Source of the DNA: Deltaproteobacteria bacterium
Lineage (GTDB): Bacteria; Desulfobacterota; Desulfobulbia; Desulfobulbales; SURF-16
Direction of reading: 5' to 3'
Assembly (NCBI GenBank): GCA_016208225.1
Contig: JACQYM010000061.1
Coordinates: forward strand, 1 to 52,998
DNA length: 52,998 bases
Position 1 is the stretch's first letter; each line of letters begins with the position of its first letter. The notes beneath the pieces are model-generated. The model was given only the letters and a program-made list of their open reading frames with translations. It ran no database searches and was not told the origin of the DNA. Positions 7,092 through 15,955 of this stretch are shown in pieces. The position numbers and the translations under genes were made by a program.

Positions 7092-8558
7092 ATGACTGAT
7101 GCCAGTTTGCATAACAAGGGAAAACTTGCGGACATTTTTGCCAGAATCAACATGAGTGAACTTCCCGCCATGTCTGTGCATGTGCAGGAACTCCTTGCCC
7201 TTACCGGCAGCAAAAAAAGCCAAAGCGCAAACTATGATGATCTGGCCCGGATCATTCTGAAGGATTTTTCCCTTACCCACAAAGTTCTGCAGATTGCCAA
7301 TTCGGCCTACTACGCCCTGGGGCAGAAAGTTTCAACGGTTTCCATGGCCGTGGCCGTGCTCGGTTTTGATACGGTGCGGGACCTGGCCATCGGCATCGCC
7401 CTGCTGGACGATTTTATGAAGGCCGGAGTCAATACCGAGGAGATCGGCAAACTTCTGGCCCGTTCATTCATGGCGGCCTTGCTGGCCCGCAGCATTGCGG
7501 AGTCCAGATATCTGAAGGTGCTGCCGGAAGAGGCGTTTATCTGCGGCCTCATGCACGATCTCGGCCGGGTCATTTCCTGCATCTATCTGCCCGTCATGTA
7601 TCGGGCCATCCATGAGAAGACCGGCAGCGGGATGACGGAGGAGGAGGCGGCCATGTCGGTTCTCGACGGCCTGACCTACGCCGGCGTCGGCCGCGAGGTT
7701 GCTATTTTCTGGAATATGACGGAAAGTGTGATAAAGTGTATGGAGCCTGATCCCGCTCTGCCGGAAGAGGCGCGCGATGCGGAAAAATATCTGCACGGTA
7801 TCGTTGATTTCAGCAACCGTTATGTTGACTGTCTGTTGCGGCAGCAGAATATTGCGCCATTGATGGACAAGTATGCCTTCCCGCTTTCTCTTGACGAGGA
7901 AGAGGCGGTGGAGATGCTGACTGACGCCACCAGGGCATCCGAGGCGATTTTTGACTCCATCCGACCGGAGATACTCAAATTTGATTTCTGCAAACGGCTT
8001 GAGGAAATCCAGGCCCTGTATGCGGCGGAGGAGCCTGTTGCGCCGGTAAAGGGCGTAAAAAAAGATTTTTGGCAGGAAATCACGAACATGGTAAAGGGTG
8101 ATTTCCGGCTTAATGATTTTTTCGTGCTGCTGCTGGACGCCCTCTGGCAAGGGATCGGTTTTGACCGGGCGGTTTTTGCCATGATCCAGAACCGGGGCGA
8201 CGACAAGGTGCTGGTCGGTCAGCTGGGCCGCGGCGATATTTCCCCGGCCCAGGTGAAAAAATTTGAACTGGTTCTTTCCCGCGCCTTGCCTGACGTGCTG
8301 CAGAAATCCTTGTCCATGGGGCGGGACATCGCTCTCGGTTCAGATAAGGTTGCCGTGCTGCCGGAAGAACTGCAGTATCTTGCGCAGGAACGGACGGTCT
8401 ATCTTTTTCCCCTGTGTCTCAAGGGAAAAGGAGTCGCCCTGCTCTATCTCGACAGAACAAAAGAAAAGCCGAAGCTGCAGAAGGATGAAGTTGAGGATGT
8501 CAGAAAGCTGAGGGATTTTGCCGCAATGACAATTGAAATGAAACGAAAAAAAGAATAG
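7092..8558 (+). CDS. HDOD domain protein with C-terminal GAF-like domain (paralog of 38113-39630)
   Basis: LPAMSVHVQELLAL...ILKDFSLTHKVLQIANSAYYALGQKVSTVSMAVAVLGFDTVRDLA...GLMHDLGRV is an HDOD signature. The C-terminus reads FDRAVFAMI...TVYLFPLCLKGKGVALLYLDR. Start set at ATG 7092 by alignment with the paralog; the TTG at 7068 is the ORF-track start. Confidence 0.85.
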   Translation: MTDASLHNKGKLADIFARINMSELPAMSVHVQELLALTGSKKSQSANYDDLARIILKDFSLTHKVLQIANSAYYALGQKVSTVSMAVAVLGFDTVRDLAIGIALLDDFMKAGVNTEEIGKLLARSFMAALLARSIAESRYLKVLPEEAFICGLMHDLGRVISCIYLPVMYRAIHEKTGSGMTEEEAAMSVLDGLTYAGVGREVAIFWNMTESVIKCMEPDPALPEEARDAEKYLHGIVDFSNRYVDCLLRQQNIAPLMDKYAFPLSLDEEEAVEMLTDATRASEAIFDSIRPEILKFDFCKRLEEIQALYAAEEPVAPVKGVKKDFWQEITNMVKGDFRLNDFFVLLLDALWQGIGFDRAVFAMIQNRGDDKVLVGQLGRGDISPAQVKKFELVLSRALPDVLQKSLSMGRDIALGSDKVAVLPEELQYLAQERTVYLFPLCLKGKGVALLYLDRTKEKPKLQKDEVEDVRKLRDFAAMTIEMKRKKE

Positions 8559-8561
8559 GTC

Positions 8562-10112
8562 ATGAATATGATGATGTATATCGGTTGGACGACGGTTTCT
8601 TCCCGGGAAGAGGCGGACAAACTGGCCAGGGAAGCGGTGAACGAGCGGCTGGCTGCCTGTGCCCAGATCGATGGGCCGATCCGTTCTTTTTATCTGTGGC
8701 AGGACAAGCTGGTGGATGAGGAAGAGTACCGCATTACTTTCAAATTCCTGGCCAGGAATGCCGGCAAGCTCGAAATGTGGCTCAAGGAAAACCATTCCTA
8801 TGAGATGCCGCAGTGGATCACGGTGCAGACCGAACACGTCATGGCCGAGTATCTGCAGTGGGCCAAAGGCAATATGCAGTCGGATCATAAAAGGGCCATC
8901 GAGCTCTCCCGCCAGGGTTCGGAATTTCTGAAAAAAAGGAACTGGAAAGAGGCGGAACACGCCTTTCTGGAAGCCCTGGAAATCGACAGTGAAAATTCCT
9001 ACGTTCTGGTCGGGCTTGGCGATCTGCATCGGGAAACAGGGAAGTATCATAAGTCGCTTGGCTTTTATGAAAAAACCCTGGAGGTGGACCCGCTGAACAT
9101 GTTTGCCCTGCGCGGTGTCGGCGATGCTTACCGGGGACTGGGCCAGGCGGGCAAGGCGATTTCTTACTGGCAGCGCTATCTGGAGCAGAATCCCGACGAT
9201 ATTCATGTGCTGACCAGGCTGGCCGATTCCTATGTCAAGATCGGCAATTTTTCCGAATCGGAAAATCTTTATCTCAAAGCCCTTTCCCTGGACGGCACTG
9301 ATAAATATGCCCTGCGCGGCATCGGCAATCTCTACTATAAGCTGGCGGACCATGACAAGGCCCTGTCCTATTTTGAAAAGTTCATTGAACTCGATGACAC
9401 TTACATCGCCGTGCTCACCATGGCCGGCAATATCCACCGCCGCCGCAAGCAGTATGAAAGGGCGGCCTTCTTCTATGAAAAGGCGCTGAAGCAGGAGCCC
9501 TGGAACATCTTTGCCCTTTACGGCATGGGGGATTCGCAGCGGGGGTTGAAAAATTATGAGAAATCGGTCGCTTCCTGGCTGAAAATCCTTGAAAAAGAGC
9601 CTCACAACCAGAACCTCCATTCCCGGGTGGGCGATGCGCTGGTCATTCTGGATAAGCTGGATGACGCGCTGGAGCATTACAGGCGGAGCATGAAGATCGG
9701 TTTTGATCAGTTTGCCCTGCTCGGCATGGTGCGCGCCCACCGGCTCAAGAAAGAGCTGGCCGAAGCGGAGAAATGCTGCATGCAGCTCCTGGAAACGAAG
9801 ATATGGGTGATACCGGCAGGGCTGCTGAAATACGGGCCAGACTATGATGAAAGCTGCAGGGCCTTGGCTATGGCTTTGCGCAGGGCGGGGTGCGGATGGT
9901 CGCTGTGGGCCAGGAGAAAGTTTCTGCTTGCCTCGTCATTGATTCTGCCGAGATGCTCCACGGCCAGGATGGTGGTAAGGTTGCACTGCCGGTCCGGGAT
10001 ATCGAGGTTCTCATCACTGTTGATCATATCGAAGAGGATTTCCCGCACATCGGCATTTTCAATGCCGGTTAACGCCTCCATGGCCCAGGAGAGAATGGTC
10101 GGGTCCGGATGA
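8562..10112 (+). CDS. CutA1-like domain fused to a TPR-repeat protein; 3' end uncertain
   Basis: The N-terminal ~105 aa (YIGWTTVSSREEADKLAREAVNERLAACAQIDGPIRSFYLWQDKL...EYRITFKF...HSYEMPQWI) is CutA-like. About 8 TPR-like repeats follow (YVLVGLGDLHRETGKYHKSLGFYEKTLEVDP etc.). The last 270 nt overlap the convincing convergent gene 9842-10528 and look non-protein-like. Confidence 0.7.
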   Translation: MNMMMYIGWTTVSSREEADKLAREAVNERLAACAQIDGPIRSFYLWQDKLVDEEEYRITFKFLARNAGKLEMWLKENHSYEMPQWITVQTEHVMAEYLQWAKGNMQSDHKRAIELSRQGSEFLKKRNWKEAEHAFLEALEIDSENSYVLVGLGDLHRETGKYHKSLGFYEKTLEVDPLNMFALRGVGDAYRGLGQAGKAISYWQRYLEQNPDDIHVLTRLADSYVKIGNFSESENLYLKALSLDGTDKYALRGIGNLYYKLADHDKALSYFEKFIELDDTYIAVLTMAGNIHRRRKQYERAAFFYEKALKQEPWNIFALYGMGDSQRGLKNYEKSVASWLKILEKEPHNQNLHSRVGDALVILDKLDDALEHYRRSMKIGFDQFALLGMVRAHRLKKELAEAEKCCMQLLETKIWVIPAGLLKYGPDYDESCRALAMALRRAGCGWSLWARRKFLLASSLILPRCSTARMVVRLHCRSGISRFSSLLIISKRISRTSAFSMPVNASMAQERMVGSG

Positions 10113-10528
10113 AAGAGATACGGGCAGAGGATATCGATCAGGGCCGGATCCTTGAAGCTGCCCAGGGCCATGATGATGGCGCCGATGACCTCCGTGTCGG
10201 TGCTGGTGCGCAGCAGCTCTGAAAGGGCGGGGACCGCCGACCTGGTCTGGGATTTCATGGCGCGGCGGATGCTGAGCAGCTGGATGCGGTAGGATGGATG
10301 GCGGATTCCTGCCCTGATCCATTCCTCGTCGTCTTTCATGAGACTGAAAAGGGTGTGATAGATCATCTCGTGGGTGGCCTGCTCGCATTTTTTGGCGGCC
10401 AGCAGGTCAAAAAGCGCGGGAATGGCCTCTTTTTCCCCGCCCTCCCTGAGGTCATCCAGGATGACCATCTGCTCCAGCATTTCTTTCTCGGTAAATCCCT
10501 GCAGCGCGTCCATGCGTGCCTCCATCAT
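9842..10528 (-). CDS. HEAT-repeat protein
   Basis: 228 aa with repeated helical units (AIPALFDLLAAKK..., AVPALSELLRTSTDTEVIGAIIMALGSFKDPALIDIL, PDPTILSWAMEALTGI). Confidence 0.65.
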   Translation of the reverse strand: MMEARMDALQGFTEKEMLEQMVILDDLREGGEKEAIPALFDLLAAKKCEQATHEMIYHTLFSLMKDDEEWIRAGIRHPSYRIQLLSIRRAMKSQTRSAVPALSELLRTSTDTEVIGAIIMALGSFKDPALIDILCPYLFHPDPTILSWAMEALTGIENADVREILFDMINSDENLDIPDRQCNLTTILAVEHLGRINDEASRNFLLAHSDHPHPALRKAIAKALQLSS

Positions 10529-10567
10529 CGCAATTCCCCTTGCCGGTCGGCGCGGGAGAAACCGGCT

Positions 10568-10608
10568 GGGGCACAGAGCCCGGCGAAACCGGGAGAATCC
10601 TGTGCCCC
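10568..10608 (-). terminator. Stem-loop downstream of the cyd operon (possible terminator or attenuator)
   Basis: GGGGCACAG (10568-10576) pairs with CTGTGCCCC (10600-10608), with an inner CCCGG/CCGGG hairpin. Only a weak U-tract on the minus strand. Confidence 0.3.
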
Positions 10609-10622
10609 TGTGCCGGGTGATT

Positions 10623-10715
10623 TTATAAGCTGTCCGTCTTTTTCAACATGATGATCGCCCCCTGGTAGGAAACAACCAACAGGACAATCCAACTGAATAT
10701 GAGTAGTACGTTCAT
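10623..10715 (-). CDS. Small hydrophobic protein after cydB (CydX/CydS-like accessory subunit candidate); not in ORF track
   Basis: 30 aa: MNVLLIFSWIVLLVVSYQGAIIMLKKTDSL, a single TM helix. ATG at 10715 is preceded by GAGGAGAAACACC, 27 nt after the cydB stop, on the same strand. Confidence 0.5.
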   Translation of the reverse strand: MNVLLIFSWIVLLVVSYQGAIIMLKKTDSL

Positions 10716-10742
10716 GGTGTTTCTCCTCGGATTTGGAATGGA

Positions 10743-11879
10743 TCAATACATCTCGTCCGGACTTTCGTTCTGCAGCTCGGCCATGCTCAGCTTCCTGCTG
10801 TCCATCTGCTTCCAGACATAGGCGATATAGGCCAGCACAAAGGGAACGGTCAAGGCCACATAGGTCATGGCCGTCAGGGTGTAATGGCTGCTTGAGGCAT
10901 TGAAGATGGTCAGGCTGCTCTGCGGATCAAAAGTCGACGGGTAAAAGGCCGTATTGTTGAAGCCGGCCAGGAAAAAAACGGCCAGGCCGACCAGGACGGT
11001 GCCGATGCCGGCATACCAGATGCCGCAGTTTTTGGCCTTGAAACGGGTGAGCACCACCCCGTAGATAACCAGGACCAGACCAAGAAGAAGCAGGAGCAGG
11101 GTCACCGGGTTGCCGAACAGGTTGCGCAGGTATTTGCCGTTCTGCAGAAAGATCTCGCCGGTGTCCGGATTAACGGCATGGCCCGGCATGAACAGCAGGT
11201 TGACCAGGACAAAGAGCAGGAAGGGCAGGGACCAGAGGAAGCTCTTCCAGCATGATTGCCGGCAGCGGTCGGTCAAAGGCTTATGGTCAATATTGTTGAC
11301 CAGGTACATGGCGCCGAGCGCCCGGGCGTTGAAAACCAGAAAGAGGCCCAGGGAAAGATTGAAAAAGTTTCTGGCCGCCTCCAGGCCCCGATAGGGGGTC
11401 TGCCAGGTTACCTGGTTATACTCGTTCAGGGAGAAGCTGGAGCCGGTGAAAAAGGTGCCGACCGCGGCGCCGATGAGCAGAATGCCGACACTGCCGTTGA
11501 TGAACAGAAAAGACTCATAGGTGGCGGCGCCGAGAAAATTGTTCGGTTTTTTCCGGTACTCGTAGCTGACGGCCTGAATAATAAAGGTGAACAGGATGAG
11601 CATCCACACCCAGTAGGCGCCGCCGAAGCTGGTGGCATAAAATTTGGGAAAGGCGGCAAACAGCGCCCCGCCGAACAGCACCAGGGTGGTAAAGGTCAAT
11701 TCCCATTTGCGGCCGAGGGAGTTGATGATCAGCGCCTTTTCCTCATCCCCCCTGGGCACGGTGAAGAGCAGGGTCTGTCCGCCCTGGACAAAGGTGAGGA
11801 AAAGAAAGAGGGAGCCGACCAGGGAGGCGATGATCCACCAGATGGCCTGCAGGGTCGAATAATCAAGATTTCCGATCAT
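10743..11879 (-). CDS. cydB: Cytochrome bd ubiquinol oxidase subunit II
   Basis: 378 aa polytopic protein immediately downstream of cydA (1-nt gap), with a typical CydB N-terminus (LQAIWWIIASLVGSLFLFLTFVQGG). Confidence 0.9.
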   Translation of the reverse strand: MIGNLDYSTLQAIWWIIASLVGSLFLFLTFVQGGQTLLFTVPRGDEEKALIINSLGRKWELTFTTLVLFGGALFAAFPKFYATSFGGAYWVWMLILFTFIIQAVSYEYRKKPNNFLGAATYESFLFINGSVGILLIGAAVGTFFTGSSFSLNEYNQVTWQTPYRGLEAARNFFNLSLGLFLVFNARALGAMYLVNNIDHKPLTDRCRQSCWKSFLWSLPFLLFVLVNLLFMPGHAVNPDTGEIFLQNGKYLRNLFGNPVTLLLLLLGLVLVIYGVVLTRFKAKNCGIWYAGIGTVLVGLAVFFLAGFNNTAFYPSTFDPQSSLTIFNASSSHYTLTAMTYVALTVPFVLAYIAYVWKQMDSRKLSMAELQNESPDEMY

Positions 11880-11880
11880 G

Positions 11881-13416
11881 TTAGTTTTCCTCCGGTCCGA
11901 TGTTGATCTGTTTCAGCATGATGCTGATCTCGGCAATCATCAGCAGGGTAAAGAGGCCGAGAAAGACAAAGAACGTGGTCTGGACGGCGCCGGTGCTGAG
12001 CCTGGTGTTGGCCACGGTGACCGGCAGCAGTCCCTGGATGGCCCATGGCTGCCGGCCGACCTCGGCCAGCACCCAGCCGGCCTGGGAGGAAATGTAGCCC
12101 AGGGGAATGCAGAAGAGGCCGAGGACCTGCAGCCAGCGCTGATAGTCCAGGGTGCCCCTGGCCTGAAAATAGAGAAAAAGGAGAAAAACAAGCGGGAAAA
12201 TCGCGCCGGTGATGACCATGATATGAAAGGCGTAAAAGGTGATGCCGACAGGAGGCACGGCTTCGGCAGGCGCGCGCAGATAACCGTAGCCCAGATGGTC
12301 GGCAAAGTCCTGGAAATCTTTCAAAGTCGTCTCAGCCAGGGCGGTATTGCCTGCTTTGCGCGCCTCCTTGTAGGTACGCAGCAGTTCCACCGCGATCCTG
12401 CCCTTTTCAATCCGTTCAACGGCGCCCATGATATTGTGCTCCTTGTTGCCGAATACCAGGTCATTGATCCCCGGCACAAAAGAGCCGATTTCCCGGTTGG
12501 CCAGCAGCGACAGCAGGCCCGGAATCTTGATCTCCATGCCACACGGCTGCTGGTTGTCGCCTGGCTTCTTGGCGCTGTTGATCAGACCGGCGGCAACGAG
12601 CGGGGCGTTGGTCTGGCCGTCGAACAGGCCCTCCATGGCCGCAAGCTTCATGGGTTGCCGCTGGGCGACGCTGTAAGCCGCCTCATCACCGGTAAAACCG
12701 ACATAGGCGGCGGAAAGCAGGCCGAACACCGAGGCGACGATAATGCTTCTTCTGGCCATGGTCTGATGCCTCTCCTGCAGGAGATACCAGGAGGAGACGC
12801 CGACGACGAAAAGCGAGGCCAGCAGAAAGCCGGAGCTGGTGGCATGGGTGAATTTGCTGATGGCCACCGGCGAGAAGAGGATATCCCAGAAATTGTGCAT
12901 TTCAAAGCGGGCGGTGTCCGGATTGAATTTCATGCCGACCGGGAACTGCATCCAGCCGTTGGCCACGAGAATCCACAGGGCCGAAAGATTGGAGCCGATG
13001 GCCACCATCCAGGTGGAGAAGAGATGAAAGCCTTTGGAAACCCTGTTCCAGCCGAAGAACATGACGGCAAAAAAGGTGGCTTCCAGGAAAAAGGCGAAGA
13101 TGCCTTCAACCGCCAGGGGGGCGCCGAAGATATCACCCACCATCCAGGAGTAATTTGACCAGTTGGTGCCGAATTCAAATTCCAGAATGATGCCGGTGGC
13201 AACGCCGATGGCAAAGTTGATGCCGAACAGCGTCATCCAGAATTTGGTAAGCCGTTTCCACTCTTCATTTGCCGTGCGCACGTAAATGCTCTCAAAGAAC
13301 GCCACCAGAAAGGAGAGTCCCAGGGTAAGCGGGACAAAAATCCAGTGGTACATGGCGGTGAGAGCAAATTGGGCGCGGGCCCAGTTGACCTGCGACAGAT
13401 CGATTTGTTCAACCAT
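11881..13416 (-). CDS. cydA: Cytochrome bd ubiquinol oxidase subunit I
   Basis: 511 aa. LSQVNWARAQFALTAMYHWIFVPLTLGL..., GAPLAVEGIFAFFLEATF and the EVGRQPW motif near the C-terminus are characteristic of CydA. Confidence 0.95.
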   Translation of the reverse strand: MVEQIDLSQVNWARAQFALTAMYHWIFVPLTLGLSFLVAFFESIYVRTANEEWKRLTKFWMTLFGINFAIGVATGIILEFEFGTNWSNYSWMVGDIFGAPLAVEGIFAFFLEATFFAVMFFGWNRVSKGFHLFSTWMVAIGSNLSALWILVANGWMQFPVGMKFNPDTARFEMHNFWDILFSPVAISKFTHATSSGFLLASLFVVGVSSWYLLQERHQTMARRSIIVASVFGLLSAAYVGFTGDEAAYSVAQRQPMKLAAMEGLFDGQTNAPLVAAGLINSAKKPGDNQQPCGMEIKIPGLLSLLANREIGSFVPGINDLVFGNKEHNIMGAVERIEKGRIAVELLRTYKEARKAGNTALAETTLKDFQDFADHLGYGYLRAPAEAVPPVGITFYAFHIMVITGAIFPLVFLLFLYFQARGTLDYQRWLQVLGLFCIPLGYISSQAGWVLAEVGRQPWAIQGLLPVTVANTRLSTGAVQTTFFVFLGLFTLLMIAEISIMLKQINIGPEEN

Positions 13417-13434
13417 TTATAACCTCCGCTGTTT

Positions 13435-13773
13435 CTAGTTTAGATTCCAAGTCGCCTTCAACCCAATACCTTTGTCGGCTGCGCTGTGCGGCTCCTCGCC
13501 GTACTCCATGTACTGTCTCGTCGCTGCGCGCTTGCCTTCGCGGTCTTGGGCCGAATACAACTTGGAATGGGGGAGCCGGGTGATGTTTTCCAACACATGG
13601 CCGGCCCTCTCCTCATCATTTGTAAAATGTGTTTCCAGATAGTTGGGGAAAAAAAAGAGCTTGAGTATGGCAAACATGACAAACAGTTTAATGAAAATAA
13701 TCACCCACAGGCGGCGACCTGTTTTCATGGACCTGAATCCATCGATATAGAAGAGAAGAATTCGTTTAAGCAT
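13435..13773 (-). CDS. DUF4492-like small membrane protein at the head of the cyd operon
   Basis: MLKRILLFYIDGFRSMKTGRRLWVIIFIKLFVMFAILKLFFFPNYL matches my memory of the DUF4492 proteins found upstream of cydA in Bacteroidetes. The C-terminal ~45 aa extension is non-conserved-looking. Confidence 0.6.
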   Translation of the reverse strand: MLKRILLFYIDGFRSMKTGRRLWVIIFIKLFVMFAILKLFFFPNYLETHFTNDEERAGHVLENITRLPHSKLYSAQDREGKRAATRQYMEYGEEPHSAADKGIGLKATWNLN

Positions 13774-13967
13774 CTTATTAATTGATAATAGTTATTAAAG
13801 TGTAAGAGAAACTATTAAAAATCAACCGGCTTGTCAAGTAGAATCCTATTTCAGCAATAAAAAAGTCAAGAAAAAAAATAGGATAAAGCGTTTTGACCGG
13901 GGCGTTGCCCGCCGGCGGCGGGAGGGAGAAAAGGGAAAAGCGATGCTGCAACGGTGTGCAGGCAGTG

Positions 13968-14945
13968 CTATCCTTCGATGGTGTATTCCTTGATCTTGTA
14001 GAGGAGGGCGGGCAGGCTGATTTCGAGCAGGGATGCAGCCTTGGTCTTGTTGCCTTTCGTCTCGGCCATGGCTTTGGTGATCAGTTGTTTTTCCAGCTTC
14101 TTGGAGTTGCTCTTGATGGAAAATTCGTCCCAGAAAAAAACGTCGTCGCGCACCGGGCCGCTGCTTTGCCGCAAGAGTTCAGGGGGAAGGATTTCCATGG
14201 TCAATATATCCTTTTCAGCCAGCACCATGCTCCGTTCCACCACATTTTCCAGCTCGCGGACATTGCCGGGCCAGTTGTAATTCATCAGCCGCTGCAGGCA
14301 GTCGGCATGCACTTCCCGGATGTTCAGGCCGAGGCGCTGATTGTACTTCTGCACAAAATGCTCAGCCAGCAGCGGAATATCCTCCCGGCGGTCGCGCAGG
14401 GGCGGCATCTCGATGGTCAGCACGTTGATCCGGTAGAAGAGGTCTTCGCGGAACAGGCCCTTGTTCACCATATCCCCGAGATTTCTGGCCGTGGCCGTGA
14501 TGATGCGGACATCGACCTTGACCGTCTTGCTGTCGCCCAGGGGGCGGATCTCGTCTTCCTGCAGAGCGCGCAGCAGCTTGACCTGCAGGGACAGGGGCAG
14601 CTCGCCCATCTCGTCCAGAAAAAGGGTGCCGCCGTCCGCCTCTTCAAAAAGCCCCTTTTTCACCCGGTAGGCATCGGTGAAGGCCCCCTTGACGTGGCCG
14701 AACAGCTCGCTTTCAAGCAGGGTTTCCGGGATGCCGCCGCAATTGACGGCAATCATCGGGTTGTTGGCGCGGCCGCTGTTATAGTGGATGGCCTTGGCGA
14801 TCAGCTCCTTTCCCGTGCCGGATTCACCGGTGATCAGGATGGAGGTTTTAAAATCGGCAATTTTCCGGATCGTCTGGAAAATTGCCTGCATTTTGTGGCT
14901 TCTGGCGATGATGTTCGCGAAGCTGTATTGGCGAGGGGCATCCAT
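13968..14945 (-). CDS. Sigma-54-dependent transcriptional activator, AAA+ plus Fis-type HTH only (no N-terminal sensory domain)
   Basis: Walker A GESGTGKELIAKAIH, GHVKGAFTDA loop (GAFTGA variant), Walker B GTLFLDEMGEL, RIITATARNL, WPGNVRELENVVER. C-terminal HTH: KGNKTKAASLLEISLPALLYKIKEY. The AAA+ core begins about 10 aa after Met1. Confidence 0.9.
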   Translation of the reverse strand: MDAPRQYSFANIIARSHKMQAIFQTIRKIADFKTSILITGESGTGKELIAKAIHYNSGRANNPMIAVNCGGIPETLLESELFGHVKGAFTDAYRVKKGLFEEADGGTLFLDEMGELPLSLQVKLLRALQEDEIRPLGDSKTVKVDVRIITATARNLGDMVNKGLFREDLFYRINVLTIEMPPLRDRREDIPLLAEHFVQKYNQRLGLNIREVHADCLQRLMNYNWPGNVRELENVVERSMVLAEKDILTMEILPPELLRQSSGPVRDDVFFWDEFSIKSNSKKLEKQLITKAMAETKGNKTKAASLLEISLPALLYKIKEYTIEG

Positions 14946-15178
14946 ATTTTTTAACGTTTTCGTCGAGTTATTTGCTGGAATGTGAAAATTATGGGGCGTG
15001 CCGACCGGCGCTCTGCCTCAGGACGGTTGCATCCGGCGGCCTGATTTTATACTATCAAACAATACCACAAGCGCGTCCGGGAGTAAAAGGGATCGTAAGC
15101 CGCTGTGAAAAATAATATCGTCGTCCGGCTGGAAGAAACGGCGTAAGGGCGGCAACGAACGGCGCAGCAATGAAGCGG

Positions 15179-15955
15179 TCAGTATAAAACCGTTGCTATA
15201 TAAGATTGGATCTGCGGTGCAAAAAAGAGATAGAGCAGGGCGGCCGCCGCCAGAAACGGGCCGTAGGGAATGACCGTCTGGCCGCCTTTTTTCTGTTTGA
15301 TCATGGCCCCCACGCCGGCCACGGTGCCTAACAGCGAACTGCTGAAAATGACAAAGGGCAGCGACTGGTAGCCGAGAAAGGCGCCGATCATGGCCAGCAG
15401 TTTGATGTCCCCGCCGCCCATGCCCACCCGCTTGGTTAACAGATAGTACCCATAGGCGATGATGAAGAGGATGCCGCCGCCGAAAAGAATGCCGAGTCCC
15501 GAGTCGATCCATGTCAGGGAGGGGTTGAGGAAGGAAAACCCGAACCCCAGGATGACCCCCGGCAGGCTGATGATGTCGGGAATGATCTGATGCTTGAAAT
15601 CAATGACCATGATGACGAGCAGGGCCGCGGTAAAGAGAAAAAAACCGAAAAAAGGCCAGGGGAAGGGGAAGAGAAAAAACAGGGCCATGGAAAAAAGACC
15701 CATGGCCAGTTCGATCATAGGATATTGCCAGGAAATGAGGCATTGACAGGCGCGGCATCTGCGGCGGAGAATGATGAAACTCAGCAGGGGGATGTTGTCG
15801 TACCATCTGAGCGGTGTTTTGCATTGCGGACAATGGGATGGGGGAAAGACCACCGACTGGTCCGGCCGGGGAATGCGGAGAATCGCCACATTGAGAAAGC
15901 TGCCGACAATGATGCCGAAAAAAAAGGATAGGAAAAAGCCGGGATGTACCGTCAT
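15179..15955 (-). CDS. pilD: Prepilin peptidase / N-methyltransferase (A24 family)
   Basis: FLNVAILRIP...CPQCKTPLRWYDNIPLLSFIILRRRCRACQCLISWQYPMIEL, then GGGDIKLLAMIGAFLG. Start placed at ATG 15955; the ORF is open to 16063. Confidence 0.9.
   Translation of the reverse strand: MTVHPGFFLSFFFGIIVGSFLNVAILRIPRPDQSVVFPPSHCPQCKTPLRWYDNIPLLSFIILRRRCRACQCLISWQYPMIELAMGLFSMALFFLFPFPWPFFGFFLFTAALLVIMVIDFKHQIIPDIISLPGVILGFGFSFLNPSLTWIDSGLGILFGGGILFIIAYGYYLLTKRVGMGGGDIKLLAMIGAFLGYQSLPFVIFSSSLLGTVAGVGAMIKQKKGGQTVIPYGPFLAAAALLYLFFAPQIQSYIATVLY

Noticed and set aside
11878-13158. 426-aa + strand ORF opposite cydA, and similar long antisense ORFs at 8340-9740 (-), 29551-31275 (+), 37387-39012 (+), 46158-47525 (-), 31324-32214 (+), 13893-14954 (+), 18359-19240 (-) and 41482-42456 (-)
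   Set aside because: Each lies exactly opposite a gene with unmistakable family motifs. Their translations are Gly/Arg/Pro/Ala/His-rich with no motifs, the usual shadow-ORF signature of GC-rich DNA.
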